A program made the position numbers and the translations under genes. Under the pieces are notes generated by a model. The model did not search any database. It was not told the origin of the DNA and saw only the letters and a list, made by a program, of their open reading frames with translations. A stretch of 63,508 nt of DNA, counting the filler, from Octopus bimaculoides (Eukaryota): assembly GCF_001194135.2 (NCBI RefSeq). It is 6 parts of 6 records of this genome, joined end to end, with 100 filler letters (N's around TTAATTAATTAA, not from the genome) between each part and the next. Parts side by side here need not be neighbours in the genome. Positions count along the whole stretch, not along the records: positions 6,141 to 16,090 come from NC_068985.1; positions 16,191 to 40,980 come from NC_068981.1; 4 more parts are not named here. The stretch is one strand, 5' to 3'. Positions 13,159 to 26,985 of the stretch are shown one piece after another (the first letter of the stretch is position 1; each line of letters begins with the position of its first letter).

Positions 13159-13922
13159 GCACGAATGTGTGCGTGTGTATGCATGCTTGTGTATGCTTAT
13201 GTATGTATGTATGTTTGTATGTATGTATGTATGTATGCATGCATGCATGCATGTATGTATGTATATATGTATGTATGTATGCATGCATGCATGCATGTAT
13301 GTATGTATGTATGTATGTATGTATGTATGTATCTGTGTGTGTGTGCGCGCGCGCGCGCCTGCGAGTGTATTACATGTGTATGGATGTACCCATCTCTTCG
13401 CTAATGTATTTTACCATTTTAATTATCTTTTGGGCTAATATCATTTTGTGGTCTAAGCAAGAGAGGAGTCCTTAGATGTAGCGGTGGTGGTGATGGAGGT
13501 GGTGATGTGTGGAGGGAATGAATTGGATAATGTTTCGCTATTAACGCTTTTCCAGAAGTCATAAGTGGTGTTTAGTGACCGCAAGTGAGAAGCGATCTCG
13601 AGTCACAAGGTCGATTCTCCCTCTCTCTCTCTCTCTCTGTAATATAATTATAAGTATTAGTTTTAATGCAATAGCTAATATCAACAATGTTAATGTGATA
13701 TCTCTACTAAAAGCAGATACACGTAAAGTAGTTAAAATATTGTCGAAAGAAGAATAAAGTTTGGTAGGTTGGCCGCCTTTCCCCTCTCTTTCTTTTAGTC
13801 TTTCTACCCTACCCTCTCATCTCATTTAGTCTTTCGTCTTCCTTTTTCTCCCCGTTCATTTAGTCTTTGTCTTCCTCTCTTTCATTTCAGTCAGTGTTCC
13901 TCCTCCTCTTTCAGTTCATTTA

Positions 13923-14017
<95 letters not shown>

Positions 14018-14166
14018 GCTCTCTTCCTATAGATTCCTATATGGTTTTTATCTTAGTAATAATATGGCTCAGTAAGTTATCTCCCTTCAACTGTTTCCCA
14101 TTAATAAACATGCGCGTGTGTGTTAATTCGTTTTCTCTTCCTCTCTCTACCTGTTTCTCCTCCCAG

Positions 14167-14292
14167 CATCATCGACAATCTCAGGCATACTGAGCCGGTC
14201 CCCCCTCTACACCAACCTACCAACCAGCCAGCCAGCCAAACCGCCTGCCTGCCAACGCGCCTGCCTGCCAACTAACCAGCCAACCAGACAAG
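14167..14292 (+). other. Candidate non-coding 5' UTR exon of the tropomyosin-like gene
   Basis: Strong polypyrimidine acceptor (ttctcctcccAG at 14165-66) and donor AAG|GTAGTT at 14293. A matching acceptor TTTCAG at 14572-77 lies 7 nt before the ATG. Based on motifs only, with no transcript evidence. Confidence 0.3.
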
Positions 14293-14584
14293 GTAGTTTC
14301 TTTGACTTTCTGTATCTCATTCCACCTTATCTCCGTTTGGGTTAGTTGTGTGTGCGTGTGTGCCTGTCTACAGCTAGCAGCGGGCAGTGAAGTCAGGAAG
14401 TGCTTGAGTCGAGAAACAAAAATATTTAGGGGAAGAAAAACACCTAAACCAACTGAAGTAACTACCCCCCAAACGAAATATTCCTCAAGCAAAGTAGAAG
14501 GAATCTCGCAGTTCTGTATATATTCCATCGATTAGTTCAGAATAAAAAAGTTTTGTTGCAAATCGTAACTGTTTCAGATCAACC

Positions 14585-15328
14585 ATGGATGTTTGCAAGC
14601 AGAAAATGAAATCCCTTCGCCTTGAGGCGGAAACGGCCAAGGAAAAAGCAGACGAATTTGAAAAGAAGCTTAAAGAAGCGGAGCAAGCAAAATTCTTGTT
14701 GGAACAAGATTTGACAGCATGGCAGAAAAAATATAGTAGTTTAGAAAATGAACTAGACAATGTAACTCGAGAGTTGGAAAGAATACAGGATATAGAGAAA
14801 GCGAAGAACAAGCTGGATGACGAGTTGGTCTGGCAGCAGAAGAAATATGCCATCTTAGAACAGGACTTGGACAATGCTCAGAATGAATTGGAGAAGGTAA
14901 AGGATTGTTATGCTGCTAAGGAAAAAACGGAAGAAGAACTTACATGGCTTCAGAAAGCACACACTAACGTAGAGAAAGATCTCGATGATGTGACTTCTAA
15001 ACTCGAAAACACCGCTGACCGCTTGGATGGCTCTGAACAGAAAGTGTCCGAACTTGAAGCTGAGATCCAGGCTCTCCATCGTCGTATCCAAATGCAAGAA
15101 ATGGACTTGACTCGTAGTGAAGAGATGCTTGAATTGAAGAGTGTAAAAGAAGAGACCAACCAGGAGAAATTGAGTGAAGCCGAGTTGCGAGCGTCCACAG
15201 CCGAAGCGAACGTGACCCGACTGGAAGGAGAAATCGATAGGTTGGAGACGGAAGTACAGGCCGAAAAAGACAAATACCAAGTTTTGTGTGACGATTTGGA
15301 AACTGCGTACGCCGAACTGTCAGTTTAA
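14585..15328 (+). CDS. Divergent tropomyosin-like coiled-coil protein, 247 aa, uninterrupted CDS
   Basis: N-terminus MDVCKQKMKSLRLEAETAKEKADEFE resembles MDAIKKKM..MK.EKENA.DRA. EAEIQALHRRIQ..EMDL.RSEE resembles the tropomyosin [23 protein letters not shown] motif. C-terminus EIDRLETEVQAEKDKY...DLETAYAEL resembles EVDRLEDEL.AEKE.Y...ELD.TFAEL. No proline, good start context (aaccATGG), the only long non-repeat ORF in the window. Confidence 0.9.
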   Translation: MDVCKQKMKSLRLEAETAKEKADEFEKKLKEAEQAKFLLEQDLTAWQKKYSSLENELDNVTRELERIQDIEKAKNKLDDELVWQQKKYAILEQDLDNAQNELEKVKDCYAAKEKTEEELTWLQKAHTNVEKDLDDVTSKLENTADRLDGSEQKVSELEAEIQALHRRIQMQEMDLTRSEEMLELKSVKEETNQEKLSEAELRASTAEANVTRLEGEIDRLETEVQAEKDKYQVLCDDLETAYAELSV

Positions 15329-16049
15329 GAAGTTTATCTTTATTTCTCTCCTTCTTCTTCTGCTGTATGAATTTTCTGATTTCTCCTTTCTCCACACCAC
15401 TCCAATCTTTTCACCTTTTCCTTCTCTTGTCTAATGACTGCCCAATCTTGTTGACACGCTTAAGACATTGCCATTGTGATTACGCTATTACAATTAAGAC
15501 ACGAGCAACAACAACAACAACAACAACAACATCAACAACACCAACATCAGCAACAACATCGATCGCAACAATGACTACATTTCTGACAAGACCAAAAAGT
15601 GAATATATACTTAAAACCTTCGAAATGTTCAACGTTAAGAAGATGCTTTGATATCCGTGAGTATAATGGTTTTTTTCCCCTCTACAACTTCTTCAACAGC
15701 AATCACAACAATACTTACATATATGGAGATGTTTAGGGCAGAAAAAAATAATTTTTACTGACAGATACAAACTACCGCATATTGCCTGACACTGATTTAT
15801 ATAGTGTCTATATCATATGTGTGTGTGTGTGTGTGTATACATACTTACGTACATACACGCATACACACACACACACATACATACACGCACGCGCGCACAC
15901 TGTACACTAATACTGGTCTATTTAAAATGTACAGTTGATATGATATATACTGTCCAATGTTATTTACTGTCTATCAAGTAGGTACTGTCTATATAATATA
16001 TAGTGTCTACAGGATATAAACTGTGTATATAAAATATACTATCTCCCTT

Positions 16050-16082
<33 letters not shown>

Positions 16083-16190
16083 TATATATANNNNNNNNNN
16101 NNNNNNNNNNNNNNNNNNNNNNNNNNNNNNNNNNTTAATTAATTAANNNNNNNNNNNNNNNNNNNNNNNNNNNNNNNNNNNNNNNNNNNN

Positions 16191-16226
<36 letters not shown>

Positions 16227-17058
16227 GTGTGCGTGTGTTTGTGTGTGTGTATTGCTAATTTTTATCAGTGCAATTTTATTAATTTTTTCAAAACTAATTT
16301 CTTCGTTTTATCTCAACATTTTATTCACTTTTTAAAAAATATCTTTTCGGCAATAAACATAATTATTTATTTATGAAAAATGATAATTTCCATGAAATAT
16401 TTTTTTGTTTCTAGATTGAAATATTTTTGTAGATATGATTAATATTTTGCATTATAAGATTTGATTCTATTTTGGTTTCATCCTATATCTTTGAGTTTGA
16501 GATTACATAGAAATTTCTCTTTCATTTTCTTTATCACATTTTAAATTCACATAAAGAGTCTTTTTTGGTTTTGCGTTCCATTTTTTATCGTTGAAATATA
16601 TAAGATGTAAATAAGATGGATTCTTAAGACAGTAGTTAACCCAGATATATGGATACATAGTTTGAAATATTATCTCTTTAATATTTCTTTCTCTTCTATT
16701 AGTACGAGTCCCGATATCTTAAGACAAAACTAATGGAGTGGTTTTGATATTCATCGCTTTTTTGACTGCGCTAACAACACAGATGGTATTAACGAGCAAA
16801 CGTGAGACGGTTGATGTGGTAGCTGAAACATTTAGAACTAAACATGAGGTCCGCCTCAAATTTCAGTCTACCCTTTTAGAAGACAAATCCATGTTGCTTA
16901 ATCTACACTTTGCCTGAAAGAAAAAAAAAGTGATCACGTCTTGCATTCTTTTGCTCAGTGATCATCTCTCGACCTGGAATGATCATTGAATAAACAGCAG
17001 TAACTTATAGAAGTCATGTGAAATTACTTGTGTCTGTGTGCTTGTATACCTGCATGTA

Positions 17059-17137
<79 letters not shown>

Positions 17138-17702
17138 CTTTCTGCTAAAACTTAGATCACGCCTTACACGTTGTATTCACTTATTTATTTGTTTTTCTGT
17201 GTCTTATGTTTGATGCCGTGAAAAATGGACGCACTGTTTGCTGCAGAAAGTCATTACTGGCTACTGAAAATCGGGATTGCTCCATATAATTTGTAGCCTA
17301 TGAGACTAAATATACATCTTCTGAAGGCTAATGTATGTATATTGCCTTATCCAAAAATTTCTAGCCATCAACTTTTGTTAGAGGATACTACGTATTATAT
17401 CCATTTGCATCTAGAAAAGTTAAAATTTCCTTTTTTTACGACACACCACCAATGCTTATTTACTTTCCTGAAGGGGAATACCTGTTTTCTGGGGAATAGT
17501 TAACAATTCACTTTGAATGAATAACTTTAACGAGTGAATTTATTTTCAAAGTCCTTGCTAAATGCCCTTAACAAATTTGAGGTTTTTCATAGTGTCCTGT
17601 CTTAATCTCCTGTGCTTTAAATTTCCACATTAGCTTTACTCGGTTTTATCGTTTTATGTGTTGGCATATATGTGCGTTAAGAAATTTAATCTTGTGAGCA
17701 AT

Positions 17703-18098
17703 AGGTACAGGCGTGGCTGTGTGGTAAGAAGTTTGCTTCCCAGCTACATGATTCCGGGCTCAGCCTCGCTGCGTGACACCTTTGTCACGTGTCTTCGACT
17801 ATTGCCTCAGGTCGACCAAAGCCTTGTGAGTGGATTTGGTAGACGGAAACTAAAAGAAGTGTGTCGCATTTATATAAGTATATAGTTATGTTTGCCTCTG
17901 TGTTTGTTCCCACTACTATCACTTGACAACCGATATTGGTGTGTTTACGTCCCCGTAACTTAGCGTTCGGCGTTATAGACCGATAGAATAAGTACTAAGC
18001 TTACAAAGAATAAGTCCTGAGAACTATTTGTTCGACTACCCCTCCTTAAGTTGGTGCTCCAGCATGGCACCAGTCAAATGACTGAAACCAATAAAGAA
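17703..18098 (+). mobile_element. SINE family A, full length
   Basis: Head gtggctgtgtggtaagaag (A-box-like) and ggttcagtcc-type B-box region. Collinear with 39623-40034. Confidence 0.9.
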
Positions 18099-21000
18099 TA
18101 TGAGAATAATGCTTCTCTCCATTTTGCTGCTGGTTATCCTGGGCCAAATATACGGTCAAAAATATTTTATACTAATTTGATTATCACAATGTAGAAACTT
18201 ACATCGAATTTAGTATCCTATTCACCTTTATTTATCGTTCGTATAAAGTTGAAGAACCCATAGAATACATATATTATATTATTGGAAATTATCTGAATGA
18301 TCTGGAGACGTTTTCTCTACGTTCTGTTTTACATTTATCTGTTTGTGTATGTGTATTTAATCCTTAGAGTATAAACTGCAGTCAGATCTGATGTAAAATA
18401 GTGTCTTCACATATAAGAGTACACATTGTTCACAATTACTGCAGCAGCATCAGAACCAAATTCGCCTACTTCATCAGTTTATGGAAAACAGAGAATAGAT
18501 AATATCTAATTTTTGTTATGCAGTCATTTATATTCTCTTTCCGCCTACATAACGTTTCTGGCATTATCAAGGTGCATCTTCCGCATCTTTTAGTGCATTA
18601 TAATGCTACAGTCCATCAAGGGCTTCATCAGGGCATTTTGAACGAGAAGTGCATATTGGTACTCGCTTCGATTATATTTATGTATATATATATATATAAN
18701 NNNNNNNNNNNNNNNNNNNNNNNNNNNNNNNNNNNNNNNNNNNNNNNNNNNNNNNNNNNNNNNNNNNNNNNNNNNNNNNNNNNNNNNNNNNNNNNNNNNN
18801 NNNNNNNNNNNNNNNNNNNNNNNNNNNNNNNNNNNNNNNNNNNNNNNNNNNNNNNNNNNNNNNNNNNNNNNNNNNNNNNNNNNNNNNNNATATATATATA
18901 TATATATACATATATATATACATATATATAGTTGCAAGGGTGCATTCATATCTGTATGTGTCGTGTACACCTTCGATTTCACTTTCCAATAAGTACATTA
19001 CTGTATTTCAGTTTTACGAATTTCAAGAAGCAGATCTTTCTACACAAACTTCGAGTCTGTTAGAATTTACACATTATGCTGTTCTTTATCTGATTTTAAT
19101 TAAATTTCTGTCAAGTTCAAATAATAAAGATACAATTAATATAATTTCGTAATAGATTTTGAGTACATTATTTATCAAGTAAATATAATATTTAGAAATG
19201 TTCAGGTATGTCAATAATATTTCAGTTACAGTTTTCCTAAATTGTTATTAGACATTTATGCTTCATCGGGAAATTGAAATTTTTCTGAATATGATTATAT
19301 GCTTGTTTGCTAAGCTCGGGAATATGTTGGGTCCATTATTAATTCGAATATTTATGTACACTTGATAACACGACAGATAATGTCCGAGAAAATACACTAT
19401 ACGCTCCCGAAATGGAACATCATGATTTGTGCTCACACATGAATTGTTGGTGCAAGGTTTAATGTTTACAAAAACATTTACGTTAGTTTAAGGCTCCTGC
19501 ATTACAATGACTTTATTAGTTTCTTGTGTATTCACAAGAAAAAATAACGTAAATTTTACGTTAAACTCGTACTTTTTATGATAGTATAAGAAAACAACAA
19601 AGTCTATGTATGTTTTAGCATTTTGTTTAAAGACAGTTATTAAAATGTATCACACTAGCTATCTATGATGAATTATTTATATTTGTATTTAATTATCCAG
19701 ACAATTATTCAAATAAAAGCGCAATCAAAATTAATACTCGATTGATAAGCAGCTCCAAAAGTAATTTATTTATCGTTCGTATAAAGTTGAAGAACCATCA
19801 CATGCATGCCGTTACAAACTACTTGCTTCATTTGAACGAGTTCAGGTTACATTTTCCCAGAACTTCCGCTCCATATTCACTGATTTAAAAGGTTCGGTTC
19901 AGATTCACACGGAGAAACCAAATATTGATTTCTTCCATAGGCACAAGTTTTCAAATCCATAGTAGCAGTAAATACGATTGTATAATTTGTACGCTTTTCT
20001 CAAGGTCGTTATTAGCACAAGCAAAATAACTACGACTCCAGCTTAACATCAGCTTGCGTACTCAGCAATTCTAAGATAAATAGAAGGCCTTATATGTTGT
20101 GAGTATGTGGATAACGGATTAAATAAAGCCCCCGACACCAGCAATTGTCCAACACTTATTTGGTCCCATAGGAATGAAAAAGTAGATCTCCAAGAGATTT
20201 AAAGTTAGAACGTAAGTAGATGTAATTCAATTGCAATATATTTTTCGACTTTCTACCGGTTCTGCTAGTTAGCGTACTGCTCTTGAGAAAAATGTAATGC
20301 TCAATAAACTAATATTTGAATTTTATGGGGAAAGCTTTGTAGAGTAGATGCCGTTTTCACAATGTAAGTTTGATTCCTGTTTGTGTGAAATACAATTTTC
20401 CATATACTGCAGTATCATTTGTTCATTACTTATAAAAGCAAACATAAGCATTTTGAGTCTCCGTTTAAAATATTTTCGTTGTTGTTTTACTCAACGTCAA
20501 TGCTTTAAGATTATACTTTTCATCATAGTTAATCCAATCATTACTAAACTGTCATTTGATTTTTTTTTTTTTGTGGTGGGTGGTTTCACATCTAATGTGA
20601 CTTTTCGTGATAGTAATGTATAATTCGAGGGCGATTTTACTGCTATTTGTAGTAAATCGAGTAAACATGCGGCAGCTTTTCCGGGTATGTAAATTGCATG
20701 AGGCAAGGGAGGCAATTGAAAATATTTGCTCATTGTACTTTAGTGTGACATTCTTCAACGAATGATTAATTCCTTTATGTTCGGAAAGAATAAGGTAAAA
20801 GTTGTGACTCAGTAGGGAAATATGCAGTATATGATAGATAAAACAGTGCCTGAAATGAGAGTTGATGGGTGGGTTCGGTTGTAACTTTTATAGACATATT
20901 TACCATGATGTAGTTCACCTAACTTCAAACTACAAACTGAAATAAATGTAAACTGAATGGAATGCTGAAAGTGAAGAATGTTGCTTCTACATTTAGGATA

Positions 21001-22694
21001 CTGCTGCCGCTTCACAATTTGCATGCGCATTCATCTTAGACAACCGAATGAATAAAATAAAATCTATCTCAGACCAGCCCACGGACAGCTCCTGTGCTAT
21101 TGTTTCGCCCTTTTCTTTACTTCCGCTACAGTAAATGTCTCTGCCCGTACGAGCATGGTGGTAATGAAACTCTCTACTCAGCATTCCCAGCCTACCGATC
21201 TCTCTTTCTTTCATTATATTGTTCTATCCAGGCACCAGGCCCTACACATACAGCTATGCACTCCTCTAGAACCTCGCTATTCTGGAGTTACCTCCTCTTC
21301 TTTCGTCGGTGTTGATTTGCGTTGGTCGTAGAAAGAAAACATCCATTTTTTTGTGATTGCAGAATAGAACAAGCAATGCATTACCTGCTTCTTCGCCTAT
21401 TATGGGATGCCCCTTTTTATTTAGATGGTTTATGAAGTAATATTAAAACGAGTCATGATTTAGAAATCACAAAGGAACATAATATAGACATGAAATATTA
21501 AATTACTATCTGTGATTTCGATTTTATTATAAGCTTGTATACCAACACAGCATAAAGCTCACTACAGAGATATAGAAGAAAGATTAAGGATATAGAAGTA
21601 AAAGCGTAGGCAAAAAAGCAAAGATTGTAACCTGTGTTTTTACAAGTGTTTTAATCTGTAAGATTCACGAGTATTATTATTTAAGACAATTATTATTCAG
21701 AGAATATTTTAATCCGTTCAACACCAGACATCGCTTTCTCCTAGTAACCACATAAATTACTTTTGGAGCTGCTTATCAATCGAGTATTAAATTCAGCTCG
21801 GAGCTTCATATATAATATTTATACATGAATACAGTTAGTTATAAATTTACAACATCAAAATGACTGACTGGAAAGTATAAAATTAAACAAATTGTGAAAC
21901 TGAAGAATAAACAAAACAGATGAAAATATACACATAAAAAAGTAAGAATGAGATAGATGTAGAAACAAAAGAAAGTAAACATCTAATGTTGATCCTGAAT
22001 AAGATAAGATCAGTAACCCATATTTATGAAAAATGAGCAAACATTTCCAGAAGCTCATTCAGTGGATGTTATTTCCAAAAACTGTTACCATTCCATTATG
22101 ATTTAATAACAACCAGATGAATTCGAAGAAATGCAAAAGAACCAATCAATAAATAAAACATACATATCGTCTACTTAATATTCTACAGAATCTCATAAAT
22201 CAATGAAGATGAAGAATTTTCTTTTTTTTTTTTTCACACTGAGAAGAATTTATATTTGTATTTATTCTTTTTTTCCTTCGATATATAGTTTTTCTTCATA
22301 TATTTTTAATAATGATGAATAGTTTTTCTCCATCATATTAATAAGGATTTAAGATAAATCTTGCCTGCCAGCTCTATTGATGATGATAATGATGATGATG
22401 ATGATGATGATGATGATNNNNNNNNNNCATCATCATCATCATCAACATCATCAACATCATCAGTATCATTACTCTTATTAGTTTCAACGCCATTGTTTAC
22501 ATCACCATCACCTTTACATTATTGACGTTGTAGTTGATGCTATTTGCTTTATCGTTGCTTCCCTAAACTTGTTATTTGAGTATCATTTGCTTGTTACTAC
22601 TACTACTACTATTACTACTACCACTACTACTACTACTACTACTACTAGTAGTAGTGGTAGTAGTAGTAGTAGTAGTTGCAGCAGCAGCAGTAGC

Positions 22695-22790
<96 letters not shown>

Positions 22791-25700
22791 TGTAAAAATT
22801 GATGTCCAACGACGTCGGGTTTACATCGTTGTCACAAGATGAATTTCAATATTGTCATTACTTTAGGTTATCACTCGCTGAAATTGGATCCAATCCTGTT
22901 CGACCTAGAATTCTGATACTTGAGTATTTCTGTATTTTCATGTTATTTATAATATAATTTTTTGTAAAAGGAGTTTTTGTTCCGTTCAGCACCGCACGTA
23001 ATTAGGAGTGGGGTAAAAGGTTATATTACATGACGTAAGTGAAGAGAAAATGATACAACATTTTTAAAAAATCGAATCACTTTCCACAGGTTACAGGGAA
23101 ATTTTCTGCATTTAATTCTGCTCACAGTCAATGATATAGATCCATTCTCACAGAGTGCGAGTTGTCATAGATGTTGGTGGCCTTGGTAGAAAAAAATAAG
23201 GTCTCACCTAGTAGAAATCGAAACAGCCTTTCGTAGATTACGAAACTTTGCTCATTCACTAGTCATCCTTGATTAGAAAACATTTTACGTGTTCTTAATT
23301 GGCTAAATGTTTTAGTCTATAAAACATACTGCTCTATCTAATGTTTTGTTGTTTTATTTTATGATGGTAGACGCTAAATCTAAGGACATTTGGTAGCAAA
23401 TTCTTGCAGTCAGAGATGCCAAGTGGTTTCCGATCACTTCGTCATCTAACGTGTACATAGTATCAAACTGAATTTGAACAGAAACTGTCACACTAAACTT
23501 TCTATTATAGTTTCTACCAAATAATTTAGAATGTTTAGTGCGTCCCAATAGTTACAGGTACAAACCCGAATCTGTAATCTGGATAGAGTGGCCGGAAATT
23601 CGTGAATAGTTCAGCGTAGGTATTTTTTCTCTTTTGCTGATCTTTAAATTTGTTAACACTAGCTGGGCAGCTATTTCCACAACAGTACGAATTTTTATAA
23701 GACATCTTAAAGAGGAAGGACTGTGCATCGTTGAGTTTAAAACAATTGAATTTTGATCTTGTATCGTTAAGTGGGTTCTCCTAATATTAGACGGCGCATC
23801 GCCCCGGCCGGAGCGGCAGCTCGGTTGTATGACTATCAGAAACGAGATCTTTTCGCTGAAACAGAATAAACAAATGAAATTTATTTTTAAATGGTTACCT
23901 TCATGAACTTTCGCGAAATGGATATCAAAGAACAAAGCTAACCACTCCAAGAGACTGAACTCCGTTAATTCAACACCAGTGCTCGGTTCTGTATCAAACT
24001 AAGCAATGGATTAAATCTTTCATCCAAGAAAATGACATGCGTCTCCGTCAGTCTTGCACTGATTTTCTGTCAATTAAGTTTCGTTCACAGGGCTTTTGTC
24101 AAGTCGAAGTTGTTGTAGAAGACATTTCCGTTTTCCTTTTTTTTTTTCTTAATAGAAACCGAAATCAGATAATTACAAAGTCAACTTCCAAATAACATAC
24201 AGACATGCCTACAAACATTTTTAATCAAAAGGGATACGAGATTACACTGACATTAAAGAGCATAAGCAGAAAATCATTCTACGAAAATTAAATTTGGTTT
24301 CTTTATTTATCAAGGGGAAAATTTTTTGTTGGTTAGCGTCCATCTGCCCTTATTTTATGTATGAATTAACGAAGCTGGGTGATGCTCAAGTTCTTCTTAG
24401 GCGTACTAAGAACGTATTAAGAAGAAAATAATAGGATTGTATAAACTGCAGAACTTTAGTTTTAATTTTCAGTTTAATTGATATTGAACGAATTAAGCTG
24501 CGTATAGAATCTCCTTTCTTTCTAAAATTGCACACAACTCTAAATTCAGTGTTCAGTATGGAATTTTAAGACATTCAACTTTAACTAAGTTAATTAATAT
24601 AAAACAAACGTATTCTTTGGCCCTTGATTTGAATCAATTGAAGATTTCTGCTTCAATATACTTTAGTATTTATATTTGTAAACAAAATCATATTAAATGA
24701 TTTAACTGAACATTAAAAGAATTTGTTGTCAGTAATGATGATACACGAGGGTGGCATAATCGAAAGATGTGATGCTCATACGATTGTGAAATCTATGAAC
24801 ACAACAAGTAATATAATAACTGAATCAAGTTTTCCGAAAGTTTATTGTTTATACTATTTACCGAGGCTTATTGCCATATATGTGCTATAAAAATAAAATA
24901 TTGATATTAATAAAAGTGATAAAGAAAACATATGAGAATAACCATTAGAATGAAGAAAATAACTGAAGGGAAAAGATAACTAACAAACAGGATGAAGGAA
25001 AAGGATTAAAGGAACAGAATGGAGAAGAAGAAGATGAAGAAGATGAAAGAGAAGATAAAAAAAATATGTATGAAAGGTTAGATGAAATACAGTAAACAAC
25101 AGGAACAGATAATATTTAATGGGTGTCTGTTTAGTACATTTCGTCACAATTTGTGTTCTGTTTTAGCAATCTAGCGAGCTTTCGCCACCTGTAGACGAGA
25201 CTTAAACTGTGATCTCTCACTAGTTCTGAGTAGGCTATATAATTATATAATCGCAATACCAGATTTGTATAGAATACACAAATAATTGCTACCTCATACA
25301 CTGAAGCGAAATCCTTAGAAACAGCTATCGACATTTCCAGAATTTCCGTAAGGGTTAAAGGTAAACTAAAAATCATTTTCTATAATAGAAACCATTTGCA
25401 TCACAAACGTCAAATTTATCTGAGTAGGCCACAATGGATAGGAAGATGATAAAAGGACACTTAGAACAAAGAAGACGAAGATAAATAGAAGAAACCAATT
25501 AAAGTGGTTAGGTTCTCTATAGCAAACGATTTTTCAGTGTGTTCTCTCGGCTTTCAAAGATAAAATAATTGAGCGATGTTAAAACAAAACAACACTATCA
25601 GAAACGTCATCACGACCAACACCGCTACTATCATGGAACTATGATCGACTTCAGGAGAAACCGTGCTTCGAATTGTTTTCTTTTGCGACTTCCACAAAGA

Positions 25701-26814
25701 AAAATATCATTAAACGAATTTTAGAAAAAAAAATATGTATGTGTGTGTATATGTGTGTGTGTATGTGTGTGTGTGTATGTGTGTGTGTGTGTGTGTGTGT
25801 AAAAGGAAAGAGAAGTAGCCATTATTTATATTGTAATATTATTCTTTTACAACTCTTGTACTTAACGAAAACATTTTTTCTTCTTTCTACTTTATTATCT
25901 TTAACGAGCTAAAATGAATAAAACGGCGACACTGCCAACATGAATGCCCATAACAATAAAGGAATTCTTTTGTTTTTTTTGTCTATCTTAGAAAAATAGT
26001 TTTGCAAATCGATTGATTTTGTCATATCATAGACACATAAAGTATAACAAGTAAACAAACATAAAAGAAAAGTGCCGCAGAGTCACAACACTAAAAAGTC
26101 AGCTTCTAATGATTGCATATCCTCTATTCAATGACATACTTTGCGATCTTCATCTTCGTTAATAAATTTTCTCTTCGAATTTGTACATCATTAACCCTTA
26201 TGGAGTTGCTATAAATGCTAGAAACAGCAACTAAATCCCCCTTAAAATTTCACTATTGCATTGGAACAATACATTAGATGTGTTCATGGTTTATGCACTA
26301 ATCCAAGAAAAAAAGGAAGATGAGCATGGATGGATTATCATCAACATTATCGTCAATTGATTACCTATAATATATCTTTAACAGCCATAATAAAATGACA
26401 AATAATGATCACTTTAAGCTACAGTCGTACCTTGAACCTGACTCATTTTCAGACTAAGTTGTGTATCTTTTATCCTTTTACTTAATACATGTAAGAAGAG
26501 GTATGTAAGTCAGACAATTTTATTTCACATCCTCAGAAAATTATGACAATTTACCCGAGCAGAAGTTAATAATGAAATGATACCTTGTTATGTCTCAAGC
26601 TACTGCTATGTAGCACCTTCGGATGATCACTACTCGACTGCTACTCAACAGCGACTGAACTCCTCTACCACGGCTAGACAACCTCTATTTATATGTCTTG
26701 GGCGATCTTACTTCTTCGCTTGTGGGCGTCGACACAACATACATAAAAAAAATGAAGTAAATTAAACAGGGTTATATTTCATTTTGGAAGCACTCTAAAT
26801 GTTTCATTGATAGA

Positions 26815-26985
26815 TTTATACAATCCTCCAAAACGGCGGCTTCCACTTAATGGATGGTGCGGTCATCTTTATGGTGGAATGTAGTCTTCCGGGAATAGGA
26901 GTAGTTTCCACCGATGTCTGCCCACATTTGAACTGGCGATGCCAATGATTGACTACGACCTTTCAAGTATAAGAACCTGATCGCT
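26815..26985 (-). mobile_element. Mariner-like transposase relic (N-terminal HTH region), pseudogenised
   Basis: Minus translation VVNHWHRQFKCGQTSVETTPIPGRLHST, frameshift, then DDRTIH*VEAAVLED. This fits the mariner pattern W...FK.GRTS.ED..RSGRP.....V...VLEDRR. Confidence 0.75.

Noticed and set aside
14485-15395. Minus-strand ORFs overlapping the tropomyosin-like CDS
   Set aside because: These are antisense shadows of a biased coiled-coil coding sequence.
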